Virus record (IMG/VR): IMGVR_UViG_3300031857_000047
Location: 32,001-96,000 of that record
DNA from: a virus
Length of the DNA stretch: 64,000 nt
Direction: 5' to 3' (one strand)
The translations under genes were made by a program, and so were the position numbers. This document shows positions 28,894-38,726 of the stretch, piece by piece. Under the pieces are notes generated by a model that saw nothing but the letters and a program-made list of their open reading frames with translations, was not told the origin of the DNA and did no database searches. The number at the start of each line of letters is the position of its first letter. The first letter of the stretch is position 1.

Positions 28894-29658
28894 TTATCCG
28901 TAATTTACTACTACTAGTCCGCCGGCACCCCAACCGCCCCAACAGCATCCGCCACCGCAGGCTGTTGCACTATTACCGGGTCCTCCCGGATACGCCGGTG
29001 CGCCAAATGGTGAGCAGCCAGAGATAGTTAAACTTGTTGAGCAATGCTCTATACCTAAGAGTAGATTTGCTTTATATTTGGTTGGTCCTGATTTGAACTC
29101 GAACATATTTTGCCAGCAATAGTTTGATGTTTTTGGTTGACTCATGATCTTAGGCTGAGTAAAATCACTTGGTCCAACATCGCAACCCATTTTACACATA
29201 CCAAAGCAGATACCTGTACAGCCTTGATAGCTTCTAAAACATTGTACGCATCCGCCGCATCCGCCGGCTGCGCAAGTCACTGTGGCTCCGCCAGCTTGGC
29301 ATAATACCCAACTAGGATATCCACAGACTCCACAACACTGTGTATTACAGCAGCCGCTGCCGCCTGCACAAATGCAAAATTGTTGTCCTGCTGTAACTGC
29401 TAGATTCTTTTTAGAGTATGCACCACTTTCTGGACCATAGTAAGGACCCATACAACAACATGCGCCACCACCCGAGCCACCACCGCCCCATGTTTCAAAC
29501 ACGGCCCAAGTAATTCCAGCTGGAACGGTCCATAGGCAGCATGATCCACCGTTAGTTACCGACGGAGTGTCGGTATTGTAAATTGCCAGTTGAAATTCTC
29601 TGTTGACCTGATTTACTGCACCGGAGTCGTTAACAAAAAATGATGTCAAATTTGCCAT
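28894..29658 (-). CDS. Cys/Gly-rich adhesin-like protein A
   Basis: NGGSCCLWTVP, ETWGGGGSGGGACCC, CCWGGWGAGGLVVVNYG; about 27 Cys in 254 aa. Confidence 0.65.
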   Translation of the reverse strand: MANLTSFFVNDSGAVNQVNREFQLAIYNTDTPSVTNGGSCCLWTVPAGITWAVFETWGGGGSGGGACCCMGPYYGPESGAYSKKNLAVTAGQQFCICAGGSGCCNTQCCGVCGYPSWVLCQAGGATVTCAAGGCGGCVQCFRSYQGCTGICFGMCKMGCDVGPSDFTQPKIMSQPKTSNYCWQNMFEFKSGPTKYKANLLLGIEHCSTSLTISGCSPFGAPAYPGGPGNSATACGGGCCWGGWGAGGLVVVNYG

Positions 29659-29668
29659 TGTGGTTCTC

Positions 29669-29992
29669 TTATCTTGTAATTAACCAACCGTATGTAGCAC
29701 CTGTCCACACTAATGTGACACAAGCATTGTTTACGTTGATTACTAAATCTTCATTCAAGTTTTGAATTTTTGAACCGTTTCTAGCAAGTGTAATGTTGCT
29801 TGAACCAGAAACACCGGTTGCGTCAATTACCTGAATGGTATCGTTCTCAATCAAGGTTGCCGTGGCAGGCAATGTGATTGTGAAACCACCAGTGGTGCAA
29901 ATGATTCTATCATTAACTTGTGCCGCATATGCAGTGCCTACGGTTCTAGTCACGTTTTGTGCAGTACCGGTTGTTGTGATGTATCTTCCCAT
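29669..29992 (-). CDS. Small fibre-module protein (T4 gp34-like repeat unit)
   Basis: TITLPA...D.IQVID......NITLARNGSKI...EDLVI......LVW....GW pattern of T4-like proximal fibre repeats; promoter at 30014-30019. Confidence 0.6.
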   Translation of the reverse strand: MGRYITTTGTAQNVTRTVGTAYAAQVNDRIICTTGGFTITLPATATLIENDTIQVIDATGVSGSSNITLARNGSKIQNLNEDLVINVNNACVTLVWTGATYGWLITR

Positions 29993-30016
29993 TTTATTAA
30001 TTCCTCGTATATGTAT

Positions 30017-30337
30017 TTATGTTGTAGATGTTTCAATGCCAAAAACAACTGCGCTGACATTGGCACCGCTTGATCTTACCACAATTTTTTGACCTGCTGC
30101 AACAATAATACCTGTTCTTTCTAGAACGCCACGACCTAAAACTTCAGTATCGTATTCTAGATATTCTCCGTTTACTGGTGTATCCAAATCAGCGGTTGCA
30201 ATTCTTACTGCAATTGCTTGGTTTGATCTATTACAAATGTTCACACTAAGCACTGCAAAATACCCTGATGGAACGGTGTAAACGCTAGTATTGGTAGCTG
30301 CTGCTAAATCTGCTATTCCTAATCTTCCTGTAGCCAT
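30017..30337 (-). CDS. Small beta-sandwich virion protein (family shared with 44565 and 47693)
   Basis: VYTVP...VNICN...Y.EYD......ERTGI.....Q.IVV.S....SAVVFGIE. Confidence 0.6.
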   Translation of the reverse strand: MATGRLGIADLAAATNTSVYTVPSGYFAVLSVNICNRSNQAIAVRIATADLDTPVNGEYLEYDTEVLGRGVLERTGIIVAAGQKIVVRSSGANVSAVVFGIETSTT

Positions 30338-30350
30338 TTAAATTTCTCCG

Positions 30351-33300
30351 TTATGCATTTAAAAATAAGTTCAGTGCGACAGCATATCCATCAACACCAG
30401 CTTTAAAGTTCACTTTACTATTTATGTTAATCTGTACATTAGTTGTAGTTGTGATTTCTTGTCCTGCTATGAAAATAACACCTGCTGTTAACGTATTAAC
30501 ATTCAAGCTAGATCCGCCACCACCAATTTGACTTGAAATGTAGGCTTTAATAGCTCTTTGAGTTGGTATCACTGTATCCGAATCCGCCGTAAAGAACGGA
30601 TCTGTTGAGAATTCAGTGATTGTTGCTCCACCTCCGCCCAACGCTAGTTCACCCAAACTTAGTTCGTTCAATCCTGCTAGATTAAATGCATCTGCATTTA
30701 ATGTTGCAGTACCAGTTGACTGCTCAACGTTGAACAATCCACCAACTCTAAAATTACCGTCTTGGTCAGTTGATGTATAGAATACACGACCGCCATTTGA
30801 ATCAACTGTTTCGTTAGCAGGAATTGGGTCTGTTGTTGGTAGACCCGGATAATTGGTATTGGTTTGATTTCCAGTACCAATGTCTAAGAAGTCATGGCCT
30901 GTTAAACGCACCTGACTGTAGCGTCGTCTAATTGTAGTGACTGCGTTGTGGTCTGGTGATTCCAATGTTCCAACATCCGGACTTACTTGAATCTGAGCAC
31001 TGTACGGACCCACACCTGTTAGATCTCTTACGTTGACGATTCTGTAATAGACATCGTCAATTCCTGCAATTTGCAAGTTTGCGCCGCCTCTTGGAACGTC
31101 TGTAAGATCTTTGAAGTCAATAAATGCGCCAACTTGATAGTTGTCTGCGTATCCGTCACCTGTTACAGTTGTAGATGATGCTGTGTAATTTGCACCTCTA
31201 TTTGAATAGTTTGGTTGTGCCAATACTCCATCACCAATTCTAGCAACATAGGTTGCATCTGCACCTGTATTGTTAGGATCAACAATGGTCATTGTTGGTG
31301 CGCTGGTGTAATTAGATCCTGGCTCATGTACCCAAATTTCTCTTATGAGTCCGTCATTTACCCATGCTCTACCACGTGCTCTTGTACCTACATATACTGC
31401 TAGTGCTCTTCGACCACCTTGATTGAATGTAAGGAATCCTGCATTGCCTGTAGGGTTGCCGTAGGCCGCTGCTGAATATAATTTACCAATAGTTCCAGCC
31501 ATTGTGCCGGTGCCGGTAGTTAGTGTTACAACACTTCCTCCAACTGATGACGAAATATTAAAGCGTGTTGCACTGGCAATTGATTTAATAAAATATCGAG
31601 TGCCGCTTGACACGCCACCAATAACTCCAGAACTAAATTGTACAGTGTCATTAACTGATAAATCTGCGGTACTGGCCACTGTTAGGTAATTGGTATTAGC
31701 TTGATAGAACTGAGTCTTAACCGCTGAACTTCCGTATCCAACTACCACTGTGTTATAAGCACCATCGCTTGCACCAGCATTCCAGTTGGCTGTGGTAGTC
31801 ATAGTAATTTCTGTCCATGTTATACCATCTTCAGATATTGCTGATCTGCTGCTGTTATAGGCAGTTGCCACAAATACGCTACCGTTCCATGTTACATTTG
31901 TCCAACGGGCTGCTGCACCAGGTAATGTAGCAGCAGACCATGTAGTGCCGTTAGTGCTGTAGGCTGCAGATGTTGTAGTAGTACCACTGTTTCCAGCTAC
32001 TGCTACAAATGTACTATTACCAAACGTTACACTGCTCCATCGTGTTGATGTTGGCAGTGTTCTAGCAGTCCATGTTGCACCGTTATCTACAGAGCTTGCG
32101 CCTGCTGTTGAGTTTGTGGTACTACCGCTAACTACAACAAAATAGTTAGTACCGCCAATATTTCCATAGGCAACGCTGGTCCATTCGTCGGTACCTGGCA
32201 TAGTACTAGAAGACCATGAAGTTCCGTTAGTTGAATATTGTGCTACAGAAGAACTATTACCAACTAGTACAAATGTTCCATTTCCGTAAGTAATAGCACT
32301 CCAATCTCGAACGGCTGTTAGTACGTTGCTTTGGAAACTAAATGTAATACCATCGCTGGAAGTTGCTACATCGTTTGAACTGATGTAAGGAATTACCCAT
32401 GTGCCGCCACCGTAGGCAATGCATCGAGCATCGTCTGTACCTGTTGGGATAGTTCCTGCACTCCAAGTAGATCCACCGTTAGTTGAATATGCTACGTTTA
32501 ATGTAGGACCCGATACTGCAACATATTTAGAACCGCCATATCCTACAGCACTCCAATTTGCAACGGAAGATAACGTGCCTGATGCCCATGCTGTTGAATC
32601 ATCTTCGGCAGTATCAGTCACGCTGATTGTTGCTACTGTTGTGCTTCTTGAAGTCCAATTTTTACCATCATGTGAACTAGCTGCAATTTCTCCGTCTGCA
32701 AGTGCAAGGAAAGTTCCACTACCGTATACAACTTTTCTCCAGTCTGCACTAACTGGCAGTGTTGAAGAATACCATGTTGCACCGTTGAAACTGTAAGCAA
32801 CCATTGTTGCATTATCAGCAATTGCAACGAATCTTCCGTTACCGAATGCGATGTCAAACCAATTTGATTCTGTTGAATCAGCATTAGCTGGCATTGTTGT
32901 CACATTCCATGTAACGCCATCTGTAGACCATGCTACACTATTGCTAAAATTACCTTCAACAATGACAAATCGGCCATTACCAAACGCAATAGCTTTGGCG
33001 CCTGTTGATACGCTACCAACACTCCAGGTTAAGCCGCCATCTGATGATACTGCTCTGGATGTTGTGCCGGAATCGCTTTCACTTATTGCAACAAATTTTG
33101 CACTACCGTAGGCAATGCCTACCCAGTCACCACCTTCGCCAATAGAACTAGTCGACCAGTTGACGCCGTCAACTGAGTGTGCTGCAATTGTGCCGTCTCT
33201 TACGATTGCAACATACTTGCTAACGCTAGAGTAAACACCGTACGCAATAGATTGCCAATCGCCAACTGCTGGTAATGTTACTTCGCTCCAAGTTGTTCCA

Positions 33301-36300
33301 TCTATAGAATAACCTGCTTTATTTGTGCTAGATCCTACTGCAACATATGCTCCAGCAATTGCTGTGCCTGTTGCGGAAACTGCGGTAATACTACCATCTG
33401 TAGAATCTATTGCATCAACTGTTATGCTAATGTTGTTAGTTGGAGCTGCACCACCTACTGCTGTGCCAGCAATAGTTAATGTATTACCTACTACGAAATC
33501 AAATCCAGGAGAATTAATAGTTACAGTATATGTTCCATTTCTTCTTACAACATCAAATGTAGAACTAGATCCTACACCCCCTGTAGCACTTAAACCTAAG
33601 TAGCTGGCATAACCGTTTCCGTAAACAGCATCATTCCAATTTCTAGCAGTGGATAGCGATCTTATAGTTTTTGTATAACCAGGATCACTAAATGTAACTC
33701 TAGGTGTAATTTCATAAACTGTAGTAAGATCCAGTGAAGCCACAATTGGCGTACCTGGAATCACATGATCCCATCCTGCTGTACCGTCACTTTCTTTTCT
33801 AATAGTAGCAACTTTGCTTCCGTTGTTATAGGTTTGAATATAACCATACTGTCCTGCGCCTGTTCCTGCTGTAATAAACAAGTGCATGCCTACATAGGCT
33901 GTACTTAATGCGCTATCAGCAGCCGCAATAGTAATCTGTGTTGTATTTCCGCCTTGTGCTACGTTGCCAGAAGTTACATAACCAACACCGCCAGGTCCTG
34001 TGCTATCGCCCGGATCAGTTAATCTTACCTGATATAATCCGCCATTTCTAGTATCTATTGTAGATACTGCTGCTCCGGATCCTGCACCAGAAATAGTATA
34101 GCTAGCTGTTGAATAATCTAAACCAGCATTTAAATATTCCATAACTAGCAATTGATTGCCGTCTGTGATAATACTTCTAACACTAGCTTCTTGGGCTTGG
34201 TTATCAACTGCTCCTGTAATCGGAGTTTCAGTAACATCATATCCTTCAGCAACAGAACCAAATGTTCCGTAGGAGTTATTACCGTTGGTAGCACGAATCT
34301 TACCACCGTTTTCAGCTAGATAGCCAATGTGATTGTAGTACGAGAACACCGAAACAAGTTCTGCACGACCTAAGTTAGTAATCCATGCTCCAATACCGTC
34401 ACTCAATACCTGTGTGAAGTCATTGCTAACAATAGAATCATTACCGCCTGCGTGTAAGCTGCCATCGATCTTTTGACCTACACAGGCAGTACCAAATGTT
34501 GTTACGTTTTGTACGTAAGTTGATTTGTTAGTAACCCATGCACGATCATCGTTAGGACCCCATCCTGGATCAAGAGATACATATGCACCTGCTAACGGAC
34601 GTTGTGTACCCCATTCATTAACTGGGGTTAGTCCGTCTGCATCACCTGCACCTGCGGTATTACCGTCTGATGTACCATCTAGGCCTGTGAGTGTTTGATT
34701 ACGAACACCGCAACCATTTCTTACATAGAACATGTCTTCTAGTTTAGAACCTGTATAGGCATTTCTGTAATATCTAGCTGCCGTCACTGTGTTAAAATTG
34801 CCTGTATATACTAAATCTTTAGATATAGCATCAACATAATTTCTTACATCGTTTTCACAACGGGCAGCACTGTAGTACCAGTTAGCAACCATAGTACCGC
34901 TGGCTGCAGATAAATCAACTGCTGTGCCATTTAGGCTAGTTGAGATCTTAAAGGTTGTTGCTGTTAGTCCAGATGCTAATACATAGTAGGTTGTGTTTAG
35001 TGCAACATTACCAAATACAGTTCCTGTGAATCGTATTGTGTCGCCTGCAACTAACCATGTTTGCGAACTACATGTAAATGTGTCTGTACTACCATCTGCT
35101 GATGATACAGTTGTTTTAAATGTATTGGCAACATATGCAGTAGCTTCTGCTGCTAAGAAATCTTTGTTAAGTTCAAGAATTTTAGCACCATTTATTAGAT
35201 CGGTATCTGTTACCGGAATGTTTGTGCCAAATACAACCGGGCGTGTTCCTGTGTTGACATAGTCAATAGCATAATCCCATAGCTTACCGGCAGCAACTGT
35301 TGCTCCCGATGCTGCAATTTGTTTTGCCTTGTGTCCAATGAAGTCAATAATACCTAGAGTTGCTGCCAACTGATTGGCCACTACCAATAGTGCTGAACTA
35401 GTTCCTCTTCTATAGGCCATTCCTGCTTTGATAGAAGCAAAATTTGAGCCAAACATCAAGTCGTAGCCTAATGCATCTACGATGTAGCCTACGTCTCTAG
35501 AACAGGTAGTTTCATTAAAGTTCAGTGTTGGGAATTCTCTCTTGATGTAAGTAACTGAATCAGTTTGTACTGTAGATCTTAGACTGTTAAGTACTGTTCT
35601 TGCAGTTAACAATGCTGCTGACACCCAAGAAGTTGCAGGTGCTATTAGTGTTGGTAATACACCGTCGGCAGTAATAGTGTTAATAATTTCTTGTACACGC
35701 TCTTCGGCAAAATTCTTTGAACTGGTATTACCAGCAGTACCGCTAACATCTTGTGTTAGAGCGTTGCCTGCTGATACAGAAACTGCTGCTTCTGTAACAA
35801 CCTGACCTACAACTGTTTTTAATCTTGCAAATGCTGCTAAGGTTGCTGCCTTTTCTCCGCTACCAAATGTTGCCTCACCGTAGCTGTAATATGCATCTGC
35901 TGCAATTCTTGTCTGTGTATTACCACCGTAGGTGATATCATATCGAGCTGCATCTAAAATGTATCCTACATCACGAGCACATGCCGCAGCATCATATGTA
36001 AATGATGTCGTGAACGGTGCAATGTTTCCTGCTACTTGAACAGCAATCCATGCAGTAATTTCTGCTTTGATAAATGCTGTGTTGGCTAAAATTTGTGCTC
36101 TAGCATTGTCATATGTAGATGTTGCACCAGTAACATTGCCAGTTGAAGCGTAAGCAGTATTGGTTAAACTTGTTCCCCAGTTTGTCGGACTTGGCAAAAC
36201 AAATGCATCAACTGACCCTAGGCCGTTAGAAATAATATCTTTAATTTCAGTGATATTTGCTTCAATGCTTGACACTGCGGTTGCACTACCAACATTACCA

Positions 36301-38681
36301 GCCTTTTGACTGGTTGTATTTTGTGTAGCTGTATTACCTGAAGTAGGTGTTACTGCAACGTTAGTAATAATGTCTGAAGTAATAGCCTTTAGTCTCTGTA
36401 AAGTAGTTACAGATTTTGCCTTGTCATTGGCTGCGATCAATGAACCAGCTGGACTAATTCTAGTACTACGTAATTCATCACCTACTATTGCAGTATTTGC
36501 TGGAACGTAGATTGGTAGAACTTCGTAAAATTGTCCTGTTTTTACATTAATTGTATAGTTTGGTACATCGGCTGCTGGTAAATCTGCAATACTATTTGCA
36601 GTTAACGCATCTGTAATTATTTCAGCTAGTCCTGTAATAAGGGCACCTGCTCCAGTTTCAGAATCATAATTGAAATCTATGATTTGTTTAATTCTGTTGC
36701 CTACGCTAATTCCGTTTAGTGCTTGGTAATTTGCAACTGGTGCAAGATTAGCTAAGATTTTATCTATTAGCGTCACAGTGTAATTAATAGATGCTACTAG
36801 TTGCTCTTCTTCGTCAGCAATAAATGGTTCAATAACACCAAGTGCTGTAAAATAAGATTCTGTAGCAGCGATTGTTTTGGTATTTCCACCGTGTGTTAGA
36901 TCATAGACAAATGCGTCTACAATTAAACCAATATCACGTTCGCACAATGCCTGGCTGTCATTAACAAAACCAGCAAAAGGAGCAATACTGTTGGCAATCT
37001 GATAAACGACCCATTCGGTAAGTTCTTTTTGTATGAATGTTCTATTTTGATTTAACAGATATGCGGCATTTGAAAATTCTGTACCTTTAGCAATCTGCTC
37101 ACAGGCATATCTTACAGAAGCCCACGGCCGATCAATGGTTGTTCCGTATGCAGGATAAGGTGCATCTACACCATGCGCTGCAACATAATAAACCTGTTCA
37201 ACTTTACCCCAGAATTTCCAAACTGGAACTCCATTTTCTACAGCAAGAACTTGTCCTTCTTCACCAATAGGCAGTCTTGTAGGACCTGTAGGAGCGTAAT
37301 AAACTAAATCTCCTGTAGTAGTTAAAACACTATCTTCTAGTCCGCTGGTAATTAAATTCCAATATGTTCCAGTATTGTCTTTCTCTGGACTGTTTGTTGT
37401 TGGAGTAAGTGTACTGTCGTCATCATCTGATGTGTGTCCAAGAATACAAATATAACTACTTGAATTGTATTTTACAATATCGCCTAATAGATAAGAAGTT
37501 GAATTTAACCATTCTCCTCTCCATCTTAGGCCACTGTTTAGTCTAGACCAATAGGTAGTTTCAGTTTCTGGATTTTTGTTAGTTCCTGATAGTGTAGCGG
37601 TGTATGTATAACCGCCGTGTCTAATCACTTCACCTGGCAAGTACGCTGTTCCAGAACTCCATTCGCCTTCAAATTTAAAGGAAGTTGTAAAGAGATCCCA
37701 ATTTGAAGTATCAGTTGGTATAACATTAGTGTGTACTGTTTTAGAAATATAAGAATAACCACCGTATCTAACAATGTCGCCCGGTTGATAGGTTGTTGCA
37801 GAACTCCAAAAACTTTCAAATTCTATACCCTCAACAAACTGTTCAAAATAAACTACACTAAAGTTTGTTGAACTTGTGTGATATGTATTACATCTCCAAA
37901 TGCTATTTCCGTATTTTACTAAATCGTTAACTTTGTAACGGACTGCATTAGCCCATTCGCCTTTGTATTCAATACCTTTGTGGAAGTAATCCCATTTTGA
38001 TTGGTCGGCTTCTAGGCCGTTGGCTGCTATTCCTGCAGAAGTGTGACCTTCATTACAAATATATGACTGACCGCCGTATTTTACAACGTCGTTGATTTTA
38101 TATCGTAGGCTAACTGACCAGTCGCCTTTCCAATCAAAACCTTCACTTAAGATATCCCATTTTTCTAAGTCTGCTTCTAGACCTAACGCTGCGGTGGCTG
38201 CAGAAGTGTGAGGAGTATTACAAACATAATTGTTTCCGCCGTATTTTGCAATATCGTTTTTGCGATAACGAACGACAGAACTCCAATCGCTTCTCCATTC
38301 AAATCCTTCTGCGTATAATTCCCATTTTGATAGTGCGCTATCGCCTAGATCTAAATCAAATTCTAATCCGTTAGTTTCGGTTGACGAAGTATGACCTTGA
38401 GTACAAATATAAACAAATCCGCCATATTTAACAAGATCATTTTCTTTGTATAAAGTTAACTGTTCCCACTCACCTTTCCATGATTGGCCGTCGGCAAATA
38501 AATTCCATTTTGTAGGAATTACATCCAGATCAGCATAAAAATCTGCGTTAGCAGTATGCCCTGATACGCACAAATAAGTACGTCCACCATAATTGATGAC
38601 GTCATCTTTATAGTATGTAGTACCGGTTACCCAGTCTGCTTTCCATACAAATCTAATTCTACCTAGTTTAAATTCAGCCAT
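30351..38681 (-). CDS. Giant multidomain fibre/appendage protein (2776 aa)
   Basis: Eight N-terminal CBM5/12-like repeats, a TTTGDLVY..RLPIG linker, helical C.RD.GY modules, a beta-helix-like region and two blocks of BNR-like propeller repeats; late promoter at 38704-38709 with a GGAG SD. Confidence 0.8.
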   Translation of the reverse strand: MAEFKLGRIRFVWKADWVTGTTYYKDDVINYGGRTYLCVSGHTANADFYADLDVIPTKWNLFADGQSWKGEWEQLTLYKENDLVKYGGFVYICTQGHTSSTETNGLEFDLDLGDSALSKWELYAEGFEWRSDWSSVVRYRKNDIAKYGGNNYVCNTPHTSAATAALGLEADLEKWDILSEGFDWKGDWSVSLRYKINDVVKYGGQSYICNEGHTSAGIAANGLEADQSKWDYFHKGIEYKGEWANAVRYKVNDLVKYGNSIWRCNTYHTSSTNFSVVYFEQFVEGIEFESFWSSATTYQPGDIVRYGGYSYISKTVHTNVIPTDTSNWDLFTTSFKFEGEWSSGTAYLPGEVIRHGGYTYTATLSGTNKNPETETTYWSRLNSGLRWRGEWLNSTSYLLGDIVKYNSSSYICILGHTSDDDDSTLTPTTNSPEKDNTGTYWNLITSGLEDSVLTTTGDLVYYAPTGPTRLPIGEEGQVLAVENGVPVWKFWGKVEQVYYVAAHGVDAPYPAYGTTIDRPWASVRYACEQIAKGTEFSNAAYLLNQNRTFIQKELTEWVVYQIANSIAPFAGFVNDSQALCERDIGLIVDAFVYDLTHGGNTKTIAATESYFTALGVIEPFIADEEEQLVASINYTVTLIDKILANLAPVANYQALNGISVGNRIKQIIDFNYDSETGAGALITGLAEIITDALTANSIADLPAADVPNYTINVKTGQFYEVLPIYVPANTAIVGDELRSTRISPAGSLIAANDKAKSVTTLQRLKAITSDIITNVAVTPTSGNTATQNTTSQKAGNVGSATAVSSIEANITEIKDIISNGLGSVDAFVLPSPTNWGTSLTNTAYASTGNVTGATSTYDNARAQILANTAFIKAEITAWIAVQVAGNIAPFTTSFTYDAAACARDVGYILDAARYDITYGGNTQTRIAADAYYSYGEATFGSGEKAATLAAFARLKTVVGQVVTEAAVSVSAGNALTQDVSGTAGNTSSKNFAEERVQEIINTITADGVLPTLIAPATSWVSAALLTARTVLNSLRSTVQTDSVTYIKREFPTLNFNETTCSRDVGYIVDALGYDLMFGSNFASIKAGMAYRRGTSSALLVVANQLAATLGIIDFIGHKAKQIAASGATVAAGKLWDYAIDYVNTGTRPVVFGTNIPVTDTDLINGAKILELNKDFLAAEATAYVANTFKTTVSSADGSTDTFTCSSQTWLVAGDTIRFTGTVFGNVALNTTYYVLASGLTATTFKISTSLNGTAVDLSAASGTMVANWYYSAARCENDVRNYVDAISKDLVYTGNFNTVTAARYYRNAYTGSKLEDMFYVRNGCGVRNQTLTGLDGTSDGNTAGAGDADGLTPVNEWGTQRPLAGAYVSLDPGWGPNDDRAWVTNKSTYVQNVTTFGTACVGQKIDGSLHAGGNDSIVSNDFTQVLSDGIGAWITNLGRAELVSVFSYYNHIGYLAENGGKIRATNGNNSYGTFGSVAEGYDVTETPITGAVDNQAQEASVRSIITDGNQLLVMEYLNAGLDYSTASYTISGAGSGAAVSTIDTRNGGLYQVRLTDPGDSTGPGGVGYVTSGNVAQGGNTTQITIAAADSALSTAYVGMHLFITAGTGAGQYGYIQTYNNGSKVATIRKESDGTAGWDHVIPGTPIVASLDLTTVYEITPRVTFSDPGYTKTIRSLSTARNWNDAVYGNGYASYLGLSATGGVGSSSTFDVVRRNGTYTVTINSPGFDFVVGNTLTIAGTAVGGAAPTNNISITVDAIDSTDGSITAVSATGTAIAGAYVAVGSSTNKAGYSIDGTTWSEVTLPAVGDWQSIAYGVYSSVSKYVAIVRDGTIAAHSVDGVNWSTSSIGEGGDWVGIAYGSAKFVAISESDSGTTSRAVSSDGGLTWSVGSVSTGAKAIAFGNGRFVIVEGNFSNSVAWSTDGVTWNVTTMPANADSTESNWFDIAFGNGRFVAIADNATMVAYSFNGATWYSSTLPVSADWRKVVYGSGTFLALADGEIAASSHDGKNWTSRSTTVATISVTDTAEDDSTAWASGTLSSVANWSAVGYGGSKYVAVSGPTLNVAYSTNGGSTWSAGTIPTGTDDARCIAYGGGTWVIPYISSNDVATSSDGITFSFQSNVLTAVRDWSAITYGNGTFVLVGNSSSVAQYSTNGTSWSSSTMPGTDEWTSVAYGNIGGTNYFVVVSGSTTNSTAGASSVDNGATWTARTLPTSTRWSSVTFGNSTFVAVAGNSGTTTTSAAYSTNGTTWSAATLPGAAARWTNVTWNGSVFVATAYNSSRSAISEDGITWTEITMTTTANWNAGASDGAYNTVVVGYGSSAVKTQFYQANTNYLTVASTADLSVNDTVQFSSGVIGGVSSGTRYFIKSIASATRFNISSSVGGSVVTLTTGTGTMAGTIGKLYSAAAYGNPTGNAGFLTFNQGGRRALAVYVGTRARGRAWVNDGLIREIWVHEPGSNYTSAPTMTIVDPNNTGADATYVARIGDGVLAQPNYSNRGANYTASSTTVTGDGYADNYQVGAFIDFKDLTDVPRGGANLQIAGIDDVYYRIVNVRDLTGVGPYSAQIQVSPDVGTLESPDHNAVTTIRRRYSQVRLTGHDFLDIGTGNQTNTNYPGLPTTDPIPANETVDSNGGRVFYTSTDQDGNFRVGGLFNVEQSTGTATLNADAFNLAGLNELSLGELALGGGGATITEFSTDPFFTADSDTVIPTQRAIKAYISSQIGGGGSSLNVNTLTAGVIFIAGQEITTTTNVQININSKVNFKAGVDGYAVALNLFLNA

Positions 38682-38726
38682 TTTAGCTCCAATCCGTTAT
38701 TAATATTTATGCTCGTCAAAAAATAC

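Noticed and set aside
26691-29658. Diversity-generating retroelement template/variable repeats among the adhesin paralogs
   Set aside because: No reverse transcriptase in the window. The similar segments are short and do not show adenine-specific differences.
26691-29658. Cys-rich proteins as RiPP precursors or metallothioneins
   Set aside because: They are 250-aa proteins with a conserved adhesin-like frame and fibre chaperones. No radical SAM, YcaO or LanM enzyme, or transporter, is adjacent.
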